Source: Omnitrophica bacterium GWA2_41_15 (GTDB taxonomy: Bacteria > Omnitrophota > Gorgyraeia > Gygaellales > UBA12090). From it: a DNA stretch of 64,000 bases. The stretch spans positions 8,789 through 72,788 of the forward strand of contig CAKKRH010000016.1 in the NCBI GenBank assembly GCA_919902675.1, in the 5' to 3' direction. The translations under genes were made by a program, and so were the position numbers. The notes below the pieces were generated by a model. That model searched no databases. It was not told the DNA's origin and worked only from the letters and a program-made list of their open reading frames with translations. Below, piece after piece: positions 35,614 through 43,800 of the stretch (position 1 is its first letter; each line of letters starts with the position of its first letter).

Positions 35614-36141
35614 ATGGATGCACAGGAATTTACAAAATTAGCCAACGAACTCAAGCCTCTCTTAAAGAGAATTTCCGCCAAGAGGAGATTCCTGGGCTTT
35701 ATAGATGACGACGACCTCTGTCAGGAGGCTTTGATAAATTTATGGAAACGTTCCAAGAATGGCGAATTTCAGGGTAAGACCGTGAGTTATATCATCCGCA
35801 GTTGTTATTTCCACATTCAAAACTATATCCGCACCCACAAGGTTAGGGCGGATATGCTTAGCCTGGAGGAGCCTGTGGCGTATAGTTCCGAGGATCCCTT
35901 CTGTCTTAAGGATATTGTGGTTGATGAAAGCGGATTTTTCTTTGATAAGCTTAACAGCCGTTTGATTGTTGATGAGATGATGAATAACGGGCTTAAAAAG
36001 AAGGAAAAAGATGTTTTGCGTTTTTTATATCAGGGGTTAAGCCTGAGAGAAACAGCCAGGCGCCTGGGCATGTCGCATGTGGGGGTCTTGAAAATCAAGA
36101 AAAAGATTAGCTTGAAATACGCCCAAAAGTATTACGGATAA
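35614..36141 (+). CDS. Small sigma-70 family (ECF-like) RNA polymerase sigma factor
   Basis: 175 aa. Region-2-like DDDLCQEALINLWKR, and region-4 HTH LSLRETARRLGMSHVGVLKIKKKI. Confidence 0.7.
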   Translation: MDAQEFTKLANELKPLLKRISAKRRFLGFIDDDDLCQEALINLWKRSKNGEFQGKTVSYIIRSCYFHIQNYIRTHKVRADMLSLEEPVAYSSEDPFCLKDIVVDESGFFFDKLNSRLIVDEMMNNGLKKKEKDVLRFLYQGLSLRETARRLGMSHVGVLKIKKKISLKYAQKYYG

Positions 36142-36253
36142 AATCAAATATCAAAGTTCAAAAATTTGAGACTGTTACAAAACCCTAAAAGACTCTCATC
36201 TTGAGACATTTCTGTATAAGATCCTTCGTCGGGACTTACGTCCCTCCTCAGGA

Positions 36254-36296
36254 TGAGAGCGTTGAAAAACAGGGTTTTCCAACGCTCTCAATTTTT
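36254..36296 (+). terminator. Rho-independent terminator downstream of the sigma-factor gene
   Basis: tgagagcgttg / caacgctctca is an 11-bp perfect stem, extended by aaaa/tttt, followed by attttt. Confidence 0.65.
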
Positions 36297-36443
36297 AAAA
36301 TATGGCGCGCTTATCCAAAGAAGGATAAATAGCCGTTATCAAGAAAAGCATTTTCTTGCTTATATCTAATTAAACTTTAGCCAAAGCAGGCCTTTACAGA
36401 AGGACGGACTTTTAAGTTACTAAGAAGTAATTTTTAAGCAAGG

Positions 36444-36472
36444 GGCGTCTTTTTAGAGAAAAGATGCCTTTT
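36444..36472 (+). terminator. Terminator-like hairpin + T-run in the amt upstream region
   Basis: ggcgtctttt / aaaagatgcc (one G.U pair) is followed by ttttatatt. Confidence 0.45.
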
Positions 36473-36526
36473 ATATTCGGGATTGAAGTTGTGATGGTTA
36501 TTGCTTGTAGTTTACCCCGTTTCGCA

Positions 36527-36584
36527 TGACCCCGCCGCTGGCGGGGCTCAGCGGGGTTAATTCGCCCCGCTCATCAGGCGGGGC
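36527..36584 (+). promoter_or_regulatory. Three overlapping, mutually exclusive GC hairpins in the amt 5' leader
   Basis: tgaccccgcc-gct-ggcggggctca; agcgggg-ttaattcg-ccccgct; gccccgc-tcatcag-gcggggc. Hairpins 2 and 3 share 36564-36571. The amt SD starts at 36591. Confidence 0.4.
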
Positions 36585-36603
36585 TCATTAAGGAGGATTA
36601 AAG

Positions 36604-37830
36604 ATGAACTCAGGAGATACAGCGTTTATTTTAATTTCATCAGCTTTAGTCATGTTGATGACGCCGGGACTGGCCTTTTTCTACGGAGGCATGGTCAGAC
36701 GTAAGAATATGTTAAGTATTTTGATGCAGTGTTTTATTGTTCTCTGCGCCTTAAGCCTGCAGTGGGTGCTTTTCGGCTATAGCCTTTCTTTTGCCCCGGG
36801 AAGCGGCTTTTGGGGTGGTTTGGGGTGGGCCGGGTTAAATGGCGTGGGCTTAGAGCCTTACGCGGATTATTCCGCCACCATACCACATCAGGCCTTTATG
36901 ATTTTCCAGGCGATGTTTGCCATAATCACACCGGCTTTGATTATCGGGGCTTTTGCCGAGAGGATGAAGTTTTCCGCTTTTTTGATCTTTACCCTTCTCT
37001 GGGCGACATTTGTGTATGATCCGGTCTGCCATTGGGTTTGGGGAATCGGCGGATGGCTTAGGAGCTTAGGGGCATTGGATTTTGCCGGAGGAACCGTGGT
37101 TCATATCAACGCCGGAATCGCCGCCCTGGTCAGCGCCCTGGTAATCGGAAGGAGAAAGAATTTAGATCATCATGCCCCGGCTCCGCATAACCTGCCCTTT
37201 ATCGTGTTAGGGACAGGCCTGCTTTGGTTCGGCTGGTTTGGTTTTAACGCCGGAAGCGCTTTGGCGGCTAACGGATTGGCAGTCAATGCCTTTGTGGTTA
37301 CCAATACCGCCGCGGCCGCGGCCGGATTGAGCTGGGCCTTGATAGAGTGGTTTCATAACGGAAAGCCCACGATGTTCGGGACCGCCAGCGGCGCGGTGGC
37401 CGGATTAGTCGCGATTACCCCGGCGGCAGGCTATGTCAGCGTGATACCGGCGATTATCATCGGAATCCTGGTAAGCGTGATTTGTTTTATCGCGGTAAGC
37501 GTAATCAAGCCAAAATTAGGATACGATGATTCTTTGGATGCCTTTGGAGTTCATTGCGTAGGCGGTATCTGGGGGGCCTTGGCCACCGGACTGTTTGCTT
37601 CAAAAAGCGTGAATCCGGCCGGTGCCGATGGATTGTTTTTTGGCAATCCCCAGTTATTTATGATTCAGCTAAAGGCGGTGGCGGTGGTGGCGGCCTACTC
37701 GTTTATAGTAACATTTGTTATTTATAAATTGGTAGATATGACTATTGGGGTAAGGGTAAGCGATAAAGAGGAATCTATGGGGCTTGACCTGACTCAGCAT
37801 CAGGAGAGGGCGTATACGGTGCTTGAGTAA
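36604..37830 (+). CDS. amt: Ammonium transporter
   Basis: DFAGGTVVHINAG, WFGWFGFNAGS and AFGVHCVGGIWG. A strong SD (AAGGAGG) lies upstream. Confidence 0.95.
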   Translation: MNSGDTAFILISSALVMLMTPGLAFFYGGMVRRKNMLSILMQCFIVLCALSLQWVLFGYSLSFAPGSGFWGGLGWAGLNGVGLEPYADYSATIPHQAFMIFQAMFAIITPALIIGAFAERMKFSAFLIFTLLWATFVYDPVCHWVWGIGGWLRSLGALDFAGGTVVHINAGIAALVSALVIGRRKNLDHHAPAPHNLPFIVLGTGLLWFGWFGFNAGSALAANGLAVNAFVVTNTAAAAAGLSWALIEWFHNGKPTMFGTASGAVAGLVAITPAAGYVSVIPAIIIGILVSVICFIAVSVIKPKLGYDDSLDAFGVHCVGGIWGALATGLFASKSVNPAGADGLFFGNPQLFMIQLKAVAVVAAYSFIVTFVIYKLVDMTIGVRVSDKEESMGLDLTQHQERAYTVLE

Positions 37831-37839
37831 AATAATGAT

Positions 37840-37971
37840 AAACTCTAAACCCAAAACCCTAAATTCTAAACAAACCCAAATGTTAAAACCCAAAATCAAA
37901 AACGGCTGTTTAGTGTTTTGGGTTTCTGGTTTTGGATTTGTTTAGGATTTAGGATTTAGGATTTAGGATTT
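37840..37971 (+). repeat. CTAAACAAA-core long hairpin element (copy E, between amt and glnB), right arm ends in 4 perfect AGGATTT
   Basis: …taaattc taaacaa acccaaatgt … ggatttgttt aggattt x4 (37944-37971). It abuts the glnB SD. Confidence 0.8.
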
Positions 37972-37989
37972 CTTTTAGAGGAGGAAAAT

Positions 37990-38331
37990 ATGAAATTAAT
38001 TATCGCGATAATTCAGCCTTATAAATTAGAGGATGTTAAGGAAGAGCTTTATAAGGCGGGGGTGAATTTGATTACGGTAAGTGAGGTTTTGGGCCACGGC
38101 CGTCAAAAAGGAATTACTGAGGTTTATCGCGGCTCAAAAGAGAGCGGTAATCTCTTGAGGAAGGTGCGTCTGGAGATTGCGGTGAATGAGGAGTTTGTTG
38201 AGCCGACTATTAAGGCTATTACCAGCTCAGCCAAGACCGGCGAGATAGGCGACGGAAAGATTTTTGTCTTGGACCTGAAAGAATGTATCCGTATCCGCAC
38301 CTCGGAAAAAGGCCCGGCGGCTATCGGCTAA
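37990..38331 (+). CDS. glnB: Nitrogen regulatory protein P-II
   Basis: [19 protein letters not shown]-loop [15 protein letters not shown] with the conserved Tyr, and GDGKIFV. Confidence 0.9.
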   Translation: MKLIIAIIQPYKLEDVKEELYKAGVNLITVSEVLGHGRQKGITEVYRGSKESGNLLRKVRLEIAVNEEFVEPTIKAITSSAKTGEIGDGKIFVLDLKECIRIRTSEKGPAAIG

Positions 38332-38334
38332 AAA

Positions 38335-38368
38335 TTATTATCACAATAGAAAAATTGTGATATAATAA
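38335..38368 (+). other. Imperfect A/T-rich hairpin after glnB (TCACA…TGTGA)
   Basis: ttattatcacaat / attgtgatataataa. Confidence 0.4.
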
Positions 38369-38378
38369 TCAAAAAATT

Positions 38379-38426
38379 AAGGGTCGATAGTCAATGGTTA
38401 AGATTGACTATTGACTATCGACCCTT
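38379..38426 (+). repeat. Perfect 17-bp-stem hairpin made of heptamers (gtcgata gtcaatg … ttgacta ttgacta tcgaccc)
   Basis: aagggtcgatagtcaat / attgactatcgaccctt are exact reverse complements. Located between glnB and glnN. Confidence 0.8.
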
Positions 38427-38456
38427 TATTATTTACTATTCTAATAGGAGGAGGAA

Positions 38457-40649
38457 ATGAGCATCAGGGAAGAAGTTTTATTCAGAATCAAGAGTATTGA
38501 TTTGGAGAGGAAGTCTCAACCTAAGAGTGTTTCCAGTTATTTTGGCGAGAACACCTTTAATATCTCCACAATGAAAGAGCATATTTCTGAAAGCACTTTT
38601 GACGCTTTCAAGCGCTGGATGTCCGAAGGCCTGACCATTACTATTGATCAGGCTAATGAGATTGCCGAGTGCATGAAGAGATGGGCTATTTCTAAGGGGG
38701 CTACTTATTATACCCACTGGTTCCAGCCGATGACTGGCTTAACCGCGGAGAAACACGATAGTTTTATTTCCATAACCGCACCTGGAAAGGTCATGGAGAA
38801 GTTTTCCGGAAGCAAGCTTATCCAGGGTGAGCCCGACGCCAGTTCTTTTCCCTCCGGAGGCATACGCGCTACTTTTGAGGCCCGCGGTTATACCGCCTGG
38901 GATCCTTCCAGCCCGGCCTTTATAATTGAAAGTACGTTAGGTAAGACTCTGTGCATTCCGAGCATTTTTATTTCTTATCACGGCGAGGCTCTGGATAAGA
39001 AGCTTCCCCTTTTGCGCTCTGATGAGGCTGTGAGCAAGGCGGCTATAGGCCTTTTGCGGCTTTTCGGGCACAAAGATGTCAAGAAAGTGCTTTCTACCTG
39101 CGGCCCGGAACAGGAGTATTTCTTGATAGATAAAAATTATTATAACTTAAGGCAGGACCTCTTATTGACCGGGCGCACCTTGGTGGGCGCGAGCTCACCT
39201 AAAGGGCAACAGCTTGAGGACCAGTATTTCGGGACAATCAAGGAGCGAGTGGTTAATTTTATGTTTGAGGTCGCGGAGGAGGCTTATAAGCTGGGGATTC
39301 CGGTGATGACCCGGCATAATGAGGTGGCTCCGCACCAGTATGAGTTCGCGCCGGTGTTTGAAGAATCCAATATTGCCGCCGACCATAATCAACTGCTGAT
39401 GGAATTGATGAAGAAAGTCGCCCTGCGGCATAATTTGGTCTGCCTTTTACACGAGAAGCCGTTTGCCGGGATAAACGGAAGCGGCAAACATCTGAATTGG
39501 TCTTTGGCGGATGATAAGGGTAATAATCTGCTTAATCCCGGGGAAACCCCTGAGGATAATTTGCAGTTTTTGGCAGTATTGGCCGCGGTGCTCAGGGCGG
39601 TTTATAATCACTCGGATCTCCTGCGCTCAAGCGTGGCTATTGCCGGGAATGAACACCGCTTGGGAGCCAATGAAGCGCCTCCGGCGATTATGAGCGTCTT
39701 CCTGGGAGATCAGTTAACTTCTATCCTGAATATGATTGAGAAGGGCGCGAAGAACAAGGTTTCCAAGCGCGACATTATTGATTTAGGTGTTACCAAACTT
39801 CCTAAATTCAATAAGGATTCCACTGACCGTAACCGTACCTCGCCTTTTGCCTTTACCGGGAATAAGTTTGAGTTCCGGGCGGTAGGCTCTTCCCAGAACA
39901 TCTCTACGCCGATAGCGGTGATTAATACTATTATTGCCGAGAGCTTGGATTATGTGGCGGATAAGATTAAAAAGGCCTCCGCGGGCAAGGATTTCAACAC
40001 GGCAGTCTTAAAGGTTATCGCCGAGTTGGTTAAGGAGAGCAAGGACATCCGTTTTGAGGGAAATAATTATTCCGAGGATTGGGTTAAAGAGGCCAAAAGG
40101 AGAGGTCTGCCTAATGTGGCCTCTACCGTGGATGCCTTAAAGGCCCTGGAAAAAAAGGAAAACATCGCCTTATTTGAGAAGTATAAGGTTTTCACTAAGG
40201 AAGAGCTTCTGGCCCGTCACAAAATCTGGGTTGATTTATATAACCTTACCCTGGAGATTGAGGCCAATACCCTCAATGAGATGGTTAATTCTTGCGTCGT
40301 TCCTTCAGGATGTGAATATGAGCGGCTTTTGGCGGATAATCTTTCCAGGTTGGTCAGCCTCAAGAAAGAGGTTAAGTTGAAACTGGAAGAGGCAGTCTTA
40401 GATGACCAGAAAGAGCATTTAAGCGAAGTGGCCCAAAAGATTTATTATGTGCGGCGCAACTCCAAAGAGCTGGTTAAGCTCTTAGAAAAAGCCGCTCAAC
40501 TCCACCATGAGGAAAAAGCAGAGCTTTATTTTAAAGAGCTAAAGCCTCTTATGGAGCATATCAGGAGGCATGTGGATGCCCTGGAGCGGGTTGTCTCCGA
40601 TGAGCATTGGGATCTACCCAAGTATCGCGAGATGCTTTTTATAAAATAA
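38457..40649 (+). CDS. glnN: Glutamine synthetase type III
   Basis: The 730-aa length and layout are typical of GSIII. Catalytic region: HNEVAPHQYEFAP…INGSGKHLNWSL. Confidence 0.85.
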   Translation: MSIREEVLFRIKSIDLERKSQPKSVSSYFGENTFNISTMKEHISESTFDAFKRWMSEGLTITIDQANEIAECMKRWAISKGATYYTHWFQPMTGLTAEKHDSFISITAPGKVMEKFSGSKLIQGEPDASSFPSGGIRATFEARGYTAWDPSSPAFIIESTLGKTLCIPSIFISYHGEALDKKLPLLRSDEAVSKAAIGLLRLFGHKDVKKVLSTCGPEQEYFLIDKNYYNLRQDLLLTGRTLVGASSPKGQQLEDQYFGTIKERVVNFMFEVAEEAYKLGIPVMTRHNEVAPHQYEFAPVFEESNIAADHNQLLMELMKKVALRHNLVCLLHEKPFAGINGSGKHLNWSLADDKGNNLLNPGETPEDNLQFLAVLAAVLRAVYNHSDLLRSSVAIAGNEHRLGANEAPPAIMSVFLGDQLTSILNMIEKGAKNKVSKRDIIDLGVTKLPKFNKDSTDRNRTSPFAFTGNKFEFRAVGSSQNISTPIAVINTIIAESLDYVADKIKKASAGKDFNTAVLKVIAELVKESKDIRFEGNNYSEDWVKEAKRRGLPNVASTVDALKALEKKENIALFEKYKVFTKEELLARHKIWVDLYNLTLEIEANTLNEMVNSCVVPSGCEYERLLADNLSRLVSLKKEVKLKLEEAVLDDQKEHLSEVAQKIYYVRRNSKELVKLLEKAAQLHHEEKAELYFKELKPLMEHIRRHVDALERVVSDEHWDLPKYREMLFIK

Positions 40650-40672
40650 TTCAGACGAATATGTTTTCTCGT

Positions 40673-40747
40673 TGACCCCGCGCCTTTTATTATTCAGTTT
40701 TTAGAAATCAAAACTTGAATATGTAAAAGGCGCGGGGTCATTTTTTT
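40673..40747 (+). terminator. Strong rho-independent terminator after glnN
   Basis: tgaccccgcgcctttt / aaaaggcgcggggtca is a 16-bp perfect stem. The long loop can itself pair. It is followed by T7. Confidence 0.75.
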
Positions 40748-40748
40748 C

Positions 40749-40777
40749 TTGCCTAAAGCCTAAGTATGAGATATTAT
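40749..40777 (+). promoter_or_regulatory. Putative gltB promoter
   Basis: TTGCCT, a 17-nt spacer, then TATTAT, just after the glnN terminator. Confidence 0.4.
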
Positions 40778-40809
40778 AGAAAGTCAAAAGTTAAGAGTCA
40801 AAAACTAAA

Positions 40810-43800
40810 ATGAAGAGACGACAAGATTTGGAAAAATACGGTTTGTATGATTCCCGTTTTGAGCATGATTCCTGCGGGGTGGGGTTTGTCTGCGATGTTA
40901 AGGGGAGAAAATCCAATTCCATCGTTCGCCAGGGACTAAAGGTGCTTAAGCGGCTTTCTCATCGCGGGGCAACCGGGGCGGATCCCAAGACCGGGGACGG
41001 GGCTGGAATTTTGATCCAAACCCCGCATCAATTCTTCCTCAAGATTGCCCATCAGGCCAGGATCCGGCTTCCTGACTATGGGGAATACGGCTCTGGGCTG
41101 GTTTTTCTGCCGGCTAATCCTAAGGAACGCAAGTTTTGTAAGGATGCCTTAGCTAAGATCATTAAGGATGAGGGGCAGTTTTTGCTTGGCTTTAGGGCCG
41201 TGCCGGTGGATAATTCGGATATCGGGGTGAGCGCTCAAAAGACCCAGCCGGTGATTGAGCAGGTGTTCATAAGAAGGGTCGCCAAGCCGCCAAGTCGCCA
41301 AGTCGCCAAGCAAGACGATTTAGATTTTGAGCGCAGGCTTTATGTTATCCGCAAACAGGCCGAAAATATCATCCGCGCCTCTAAATTAAAACAAAAATCC
41401 TCTTTTTATATCCCCAATCTTTCCAGCCGCACCTTTTCCTATAAAGGGCTGTTGATGCCAGAGCAGGTGGATAGTTTCTTCCCGGACCTGCTGGATGAGG
41501 ATGTTCAGAGCGCGATCTGTCTGGTTCATTCCCGCTATTCCACCAATACCTTTCCCACCTGGGACCTGGCCCAGCCTTTTCGCTTCCTGGCCCATAACGG
41601 CGAGATAAACACCTTGCGGGGGAATATCAGCTGGATGTCTGCCCGGGAAGGCCTCTTAAAAAGCGGGCTCTTCGGCAAAGACATAAATAAGCTCAAGCCG
41701 GTGATTGTCCCGGGGGGCAGTGACTCCGCGGCTATTGATAACGCCTTTGAGCTTTTGGTATTGGCCGGCAGGCCCATTGAGCAGGCGATGATGATGCTTA
41801 TTCCGGGTGCCTGGGAACAGCATAAATTAATGGATGAAAAGCTCAAGGATTTTTATAAATACCACGCCTGTTTTATGGAGCCCTGGGACGGCCCGGCGGC
41901 TATTGCCTTTAGCGACGGGATAAGTATCGGGGCAGTCCTGGACAGAAACGGCCTGCGCCCGGCGCGCTATATTGTAACTAAAGATGATCTGGCGGTGATG
42001 GCCTCGGAGGTGGGGGTGCTGGATGAGATTAAGCCTTCAGACATCGCGCTCTCCGGCAGGCTTGAGCCGGGGAAGATGTTTTTTATTGATACCCTTCGGC
42101 AGAGGATCATCCAGGATGATGAGATTAAGGAAAAGGCCGCCAGCCGAAAGCCTTACGGTGACTGGCTTAAAGATAACCTTCTGGAGTTTGATAAGCTCCC
42201 CGCCGCAAGGCTGAAAGCTGAAAGCAGAAAGCTGAAAGCTGGTGAAGATGTTTTGCTTCTCCTAAATGCCTTTGGCTACACCCGTGAAGACTTGAAGCTC
42301 ATCCTAAAACCTATGGCTGAAGAGGGCAAAGAGCCTATCGGCTCAATGGGCAATGATGTGCCTCACGCGGTGCTCTCCAGGTATCCCCAGATGCTTTATA
42401 CATATTTCAAACAGCTCTTTGCCCAGGTAACCAACCCGGCCATTGACCCTATAAGGGAAGAATTGGTGATGAGCCTGTTTAGCTTTGTGGGCGCTCAGAA
42501 AAATATCCTGGAGGAAACCCCCGGACACGCGCGTAAGCTTTTAGTCAAAGAACCCATCCTTAGTAACGAGGATTTGGCCGGGATCCGAGGCCTCAACCCC
42601 GCCCTTTCTTACTATGAAGATACGCCTGGAAGAGGAAAGGGCGGGGTCAAGGAAAAAGGCTTTAAGAGTAAAGGCGTTTCCATACTTTTTAATGTTGAGG
42701 ACGAAAAGGATTTTCTTAAAACCTTGAATAAGGTCTGTCAGGAGGCAGTCGCGGCTATCCGGCAGGGATACAGTTTTATTATCCTAAGCGATCAGGGGGT
42801 AAATAAAAAGCGCGCGGCCTTGCCGGCCCTTTTGGCTGTGGGGGCAGTGCATCATTACTTAGTCAAAAAGGCCCTGCGCACCCAGATTGGGATCATTCTG
42901 GAAACTGCTGAACCACGGGAGGTGCATCATTTTGCCTTGTTGTTTGGCTATGGAGCGGATTGCGTTAATCCTTACCTGGCCTATCAGTCTCTGGCCTATT
43001 TAATCTCCGAGGGGCAGTTGAATTTGGATTATGCCAAGGCCTTGAATAATTACCGCCACGCCCTGGATACCGGGATACTCAAGATACTTTCCAAGATGGG
43101 TATTTCTACACTTCAGAGTTATCGCGGGGCCCAGATATTCGAGGCCTTGGGGGTGGGGCTTGAGGTTATTGATAAATGCTTTTGCGGGACTGTTTCGCGC
43201 GTTGGGGGCGCGGGTTTTAGCGAGATTTGCGCTGAGTCTTTGCTAAGGCATAAACAGGCCTTTGGCGAAGGGTCTCTCAATGCCCCTTACCTGTTAAGCG
43301 GAGGCGTTTACCAGTGGAAACGCGACGGTGAATACCACCTTTGGAATCCGGATACTATTGCCAGTCTCCAGGATGCCACCCGTCTTGGCGATTACAAGAA
43401 ATACAGGGAATTCGCCAATCTTATTAATGACCAGTCTAAAAATCCGGCGACCTTGAGAAGCCTGCTCAAATTCAAGTCTGTCAGGCCTATTCCGATTGAG
43501 AAGGTGGAGACGGCAGAAAATATCTTTAAGCGCCTGGCTACCGGGGCAATGAGCTTTGGTTCAATTTCAAGAGGGGCGCATGAGAACCTGGCCATCGCCA
43601 TGAACCGCTTAGGCGGCCGTTCCAATACCGGAGAAGGCGGGGAGGATCCTGCCCGGTTTAAGCCGCTTGCTAACGGAGATTCCAAAAGAAGCGCTATTAA
43701 GCAGGTAGCCTCCGGCCGTTTCGGGGTAACTACCAATTATTTGGTCAATGCCGATGAAATCCAGATTAAGATTGCTCAGGGGGCTAAGCCCGGTGAAGGG

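Noticed and set aside
36521-36590. Small uORFs in the amt leader (MVIACSLPRFA*, MTPPLAGLSGVNSPRSSGGAH*)
   Set aside because: They have no SD and are composed of the ccccgc/gcgggg repeat words. They are more simply explained as hairpin sequence than as leader peptides.
36142-36603. Search for a sigma-54 promoter, glutamine (glnA) riboswitch, or NtcA/TnrA boxes upstream of amt, glnN and gltB
   Set aside because: No TGGCAC-N5-TTGC-like element, no glnA-motif consensus and no GTA-N8-TAC or TGTNA-N7-TNACA match was found by eye. The TCACA-N10-TGTGA at 38341-38360 has the wrong half-site polarity and spacing.
37944-37971. AGGATTT x4 (and GGA-rich right arms of other CTAAAC elements) as a CsrA/RsmA-titrating GGA array
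   Set aside because: The GGA count varies from 0 to 5 between copies. The motifs would be base-paired rather than in loops. No csrA gene is visible. This is too speculative to report as a finding.
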